Assembly (NCBI RefSeq): GCF_020745735.1
Contig: NC_083435.1
Coordinates: forward strand, 4,255,905-4,319,904
Direction of reading: 5' to 3'
Origin: Hemiscyllium ocellatum
Lineage: Eukaryota
DNA: 64,000 nt
The number at the start of each line of letters is the position of its first letter. Within the stretch, counting starts at the first letter, position 1. Below are positions 60,905-64,000 of this stretch, in pieces. Position numbers and translations under genes: made by a program. The notes beneath the pieces were generated by a model that did not search any database, was not told the origin of the DNA, and saw only the letters and a program-made list of their open reading frames with translations.

Positions 60905-61560
60905 TTGGAATATTGCGTTCAATTCTGGTGTCCCTGCTGAAGGAAGGATGTTGCTAAACTGGAAAGGGCTCAGGAAGGAGTTGCCAGGGTTGGAGGGTCT
61001 GAGATACAGAGAGAGGCTGAATAGGCTGGGGCTGTTTTTCTTGGAGCGTCTGAGGCTGGGGAGTGACCTTATGGAAGTTTATAAAATCATGAGATGCATG
61101 GATAGGATAAATAGACAAGGTTTAAAATCTGATCTTTTCCCCAGGGTCGGGGAGTCCAGAACTGGAGGGCATAGGTTCAAGTTGAGAGGGGAAAGATATA
61201 AAAACGACCTGAGGTCCTTTCTCATGGTGAGGATGGTGCGTATTTGGAATGAGCTGCCAGAGGAAGTGGTGGAGGCTGGTACAATTACAACATTAGTCAT
61301 AGAGTCATCGAGATGTACAGCACGGAAACAAACCGTTCGGTCCAACTCATCCATACCGACCAGATATCCCAACCCAATCTAGTCCCGCCTGCCACACCTG
61401 GCCCATGTCCCTCCAAACCCTTTAAAAGGCATTTGGATGGATATATGAATAGGAAGGGTTTAGAGCGATATGAGCCAAATGCAGGCAAATGGGACTAGAT
61501 TAGGTTTGGAGATCTGGTCGATATCAATGAATTGGACCAAAGGCCTCCATGCTGTATGAC
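60905..61560 (+). mobile_element. CR1-type LINE 3' fragment containing an inverted 3'-tail copy (about 61295-61420)
   Basis: ORF 60948-61382. The nested segment is the reverse complement of the LINE tail. Confidence 0.8.
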
Positions 61561-62899
61561 TCCCAGCCCATGTTAGCCTCTCCCCAGAACAGTCCAATCC
61601 ATCACCTTCCTCTTTCCCTTCCCCATAGCCCTACAGATTTATTTGGCTCAAGTGCCCATTCAATTTCCTTTATAAATCCCTCTTCCTTCCAGGTTAGAAA
61701 CTGGATTTGATGCAAAACCAGATTACACCTGTTCTTATCCGTGTGTCCCCCTGGATGAGTTGAATCATTAGCTGTCCTTTGAGGTTTTGCTATTTCCCTC
61801 CTGTCATCCCATTCTGAGTTTCAACTAACATATACACACTGTACACCAAGTTCCTTCTGTCTCTCTGACCCTGGGTTTTATGACTCCCCATTGCTCACAG
61901 AGGCCTGGAACAACCTCAGGCCATTCTTGGATTGATCAACTGCACCGTAACTCCCTGCTCTCTGCTGGAAGAAAAAACAGGAGACAGCTGCTGTTTGGAA
62001 TTGGACCAGGGCCAAGGTGGAGCTGTGCGCCTGTGCACGGGTGAACAATGTATGTCAAAGCTTCTGGGCTACTGGTGAATGACTCTGACACTCGGCTCCT
62101 CCACAGCAGGGACAGCTCTCTCTCCACCTCCCCCAGGGACTGAAGTCATTCGGTGTGAACCATTCGCATCTGTCTGTGTGCTAGTCAGAGAGATTAGGCA
62201 GAAAGGAACAGAGAGCAAGACAGGAAGGAAGGGAGGGAGAGAACAGGAGCAATGTGTGTGTGGGGGGAGAGAGAGAGAGAGAGAGAGAGAAACAAAGAGA
62301 GAGTTTGGGAGATAGAGTGGGAGAAAGAAAGACAAAAAAACACTACAGATAAAGAGAAAGAAAGAGGCCAATAAAGTGAACAGGAAAAGCTAATCTGAGA
62401 GCTAATGGAGAAAGGAAGTGAGAATGAGTGAGTGAGTCACAGGTGGATAGGGCATTATGGAAAAAAAAGTGAACAAAATGCCAACCCCCTGTTCTCTGGC
62501 TGTTTTAATCCAGCATGAAACATTCATTTTGCGTTCTCACTCTGTCAGACCAGGGGACCTTTATTATTCATAAAGTGGTTTTCACTCACACTGTGTCAAA
62601 TTCCTCTTGTCTGCCTTAGGTCTATTAATTTAAAAGTCTTTATTAAAATCCTGGCTGTATCTTTACCAAACTGTTTCAGCGCTGAATGCATTCGCCCTCT
62701 TATTTTCATTCACTCTCCAGCACGTTCCTTCCGTCAGACTTAGCTCAATAAATTAAAGAGTTTTTAAATTATTAAAATCTGACATTTAGACAGTTCGTGC
62801 CCAGTGACTGCAGTCTGTCATAGGGCTGTTTTGCTGTTAAATATATGAAATAATCTGATGTTCAGACTGCTATGTGTTAATGTACTGCTTCAGTATTAA

Positions 62900-64000
62900 G
62901 TCATGGAATTTGACAATACAAAAGGTGCATTTGACCCATTGTGTCTGCACTCGCTCCTGAAAGAGCAAGCCAGCTTGTCCCATTCTCCAGCCCTATCTCC
63001 GTAGCCCTCTAAATTCATTACTTTCGAATATATCTCCAGCTCTTTTTTAAAACCTCCTATGGAGACTCCTTCCCACCATCTCCCAGGCAGCAAAGACATT
63101 TCCCCTTGTCTCACTCGCAATGAAAGCGAGCATGCCATCTGCCGTCTTTACCACCCTACCCAAGATTGGAGAACTATGGGCTTGAACCCCAAGATCCTTC
63201 AGTACATCAGTGCTGTCCTGGGTCCTGCCTTTAACTGTATACTTGTTTTTAACTTTTGATCTTTCAAAGTGCAGCACCTCACACTTACCCAGATTAAACG
63301 CCATTTGCCATTTCTCTGCCCATAATTGCATTTGATCTATATCCCACTCGATCCTTTGACAACCTTCTACACTATCCGCAACTCCACCATCTTTGTATCA
63401 TCTGCAATCTTACTAACCCACTCATCTACATTTTCATCCAAGTCACTTATAAATGACGGAAGCAGCAGAGGTTCGAATATGGATCCGTGTGGAACACCAC
63501 TAGTCACAGATTTCCAACCTTAAAAACACCCTTTCACCATTACCCTCTGCCATCTATGGCCAAGCCAAATCTGAATCCACGTGACCAAGTCAGTATGGAT
63601 CCCATGCATCTTCTAGCTGAGCCTACTATAAGGGACCTTGTTGAAAGCCTTACTAAAATCCTTGAACAATTAAACAACACCCATCGCTCTATCCTTAGTC
63701 AGCTCCTCAAAACATTCAGTCAAGTTAGTATGACATGATGTGTCCTGCACAAAGCTATGCTGACTGTTTCTAATGGGGCCATGCTTCTCCAAGTGTGTAT
63801 AAACCCTACCCTGAAGAACTCTCTCCAATAGCTTCCCAATCACTGATGTGAGACTCGTCGGTTTGTGGTTTCCTGGATTATCCCTATTTCCTTCTTGGAC
63901 AGAGCAACAACATTAGCTATTTGCCAGTCCTCCCGGACCTCTCCGCTGGTTAGCAAGGATACAGAGAGCTTGGTCAAAGATAGGCCACTGAAGAAGGCTT
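62900..64000 (-). mobile_element. Degraded CR1-type LINE RT region, running off the window
   Basis: ORF 63047-63331 WAEKWQMAFNLGKCEVLHF; the plus strand shows the reverse complement of the GVPHGS/ADDTK region. Confidence 0.85.

Noticed and set aside
61900-62210. Possible further exon (plus strand for the SAPCD-like gene, or a minus-strand terminal exon after a pyrimidine tract)
   Set aside because: Plus-strand acceptors give early stops in the required phase, and the minus-strand peptide is unrecognisable. Insufficient support.

Overview
Eukaryotic, repeat-rich DNA, almost certainly from an elasmobranch (shark/ray). The basis is HE1-type V-SINEs, abundant CR1/HER1-type LINE ends and Penelope-like elements. 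The first 25 kb is an atypical, dispersed cluster of seven intronless histone-family genes, none of them canonical. Four are highly diverged, Arg-enriched linker-histone (H1/protamine-like) paralogues: 850-1881 +, 4872-5357 -, 7209-7973 - and 13089-13772 -. Two are variant H2B genes: 11142-11621 - has a Ser/Ala N-terminal extension, and 24637-24963 + is short, lacks K120 and has no stem-loop. The seventh is an H4 with four substitutions (16428-16739 +). Six of the seven carry the replication-dependent histone 3' stem-loop, and no H2A or H3 is visible. The best candidate for an undescribed system is this cluster, read as a germline/sperm chromatin-packaging set (inference). Between H4 and the second H2B lie a SINE-derived 53-bp CCAAT minisatellite and a 4.9-kb 40-bp satellite. 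A young, internally deleted class-I endogenous retrovirus (28323-35855) has about 99% identical LTRs, a 4-bp TSD, a gag-env fusion and no pol, and it sits inside a Penelope-like element. Many short fold-back elements carry minimal hammerhead-ribozyme cores. A SAPCD2-like first coding exon with about 40 in-frame RDPHP repeats starts at 55668. The rest is LINE/SINE debris, low-complexity DNA and three assembly gaps. All calls come from reading the sequence and remembered family consensus; no searches were run and repeat boundaries are approximate.
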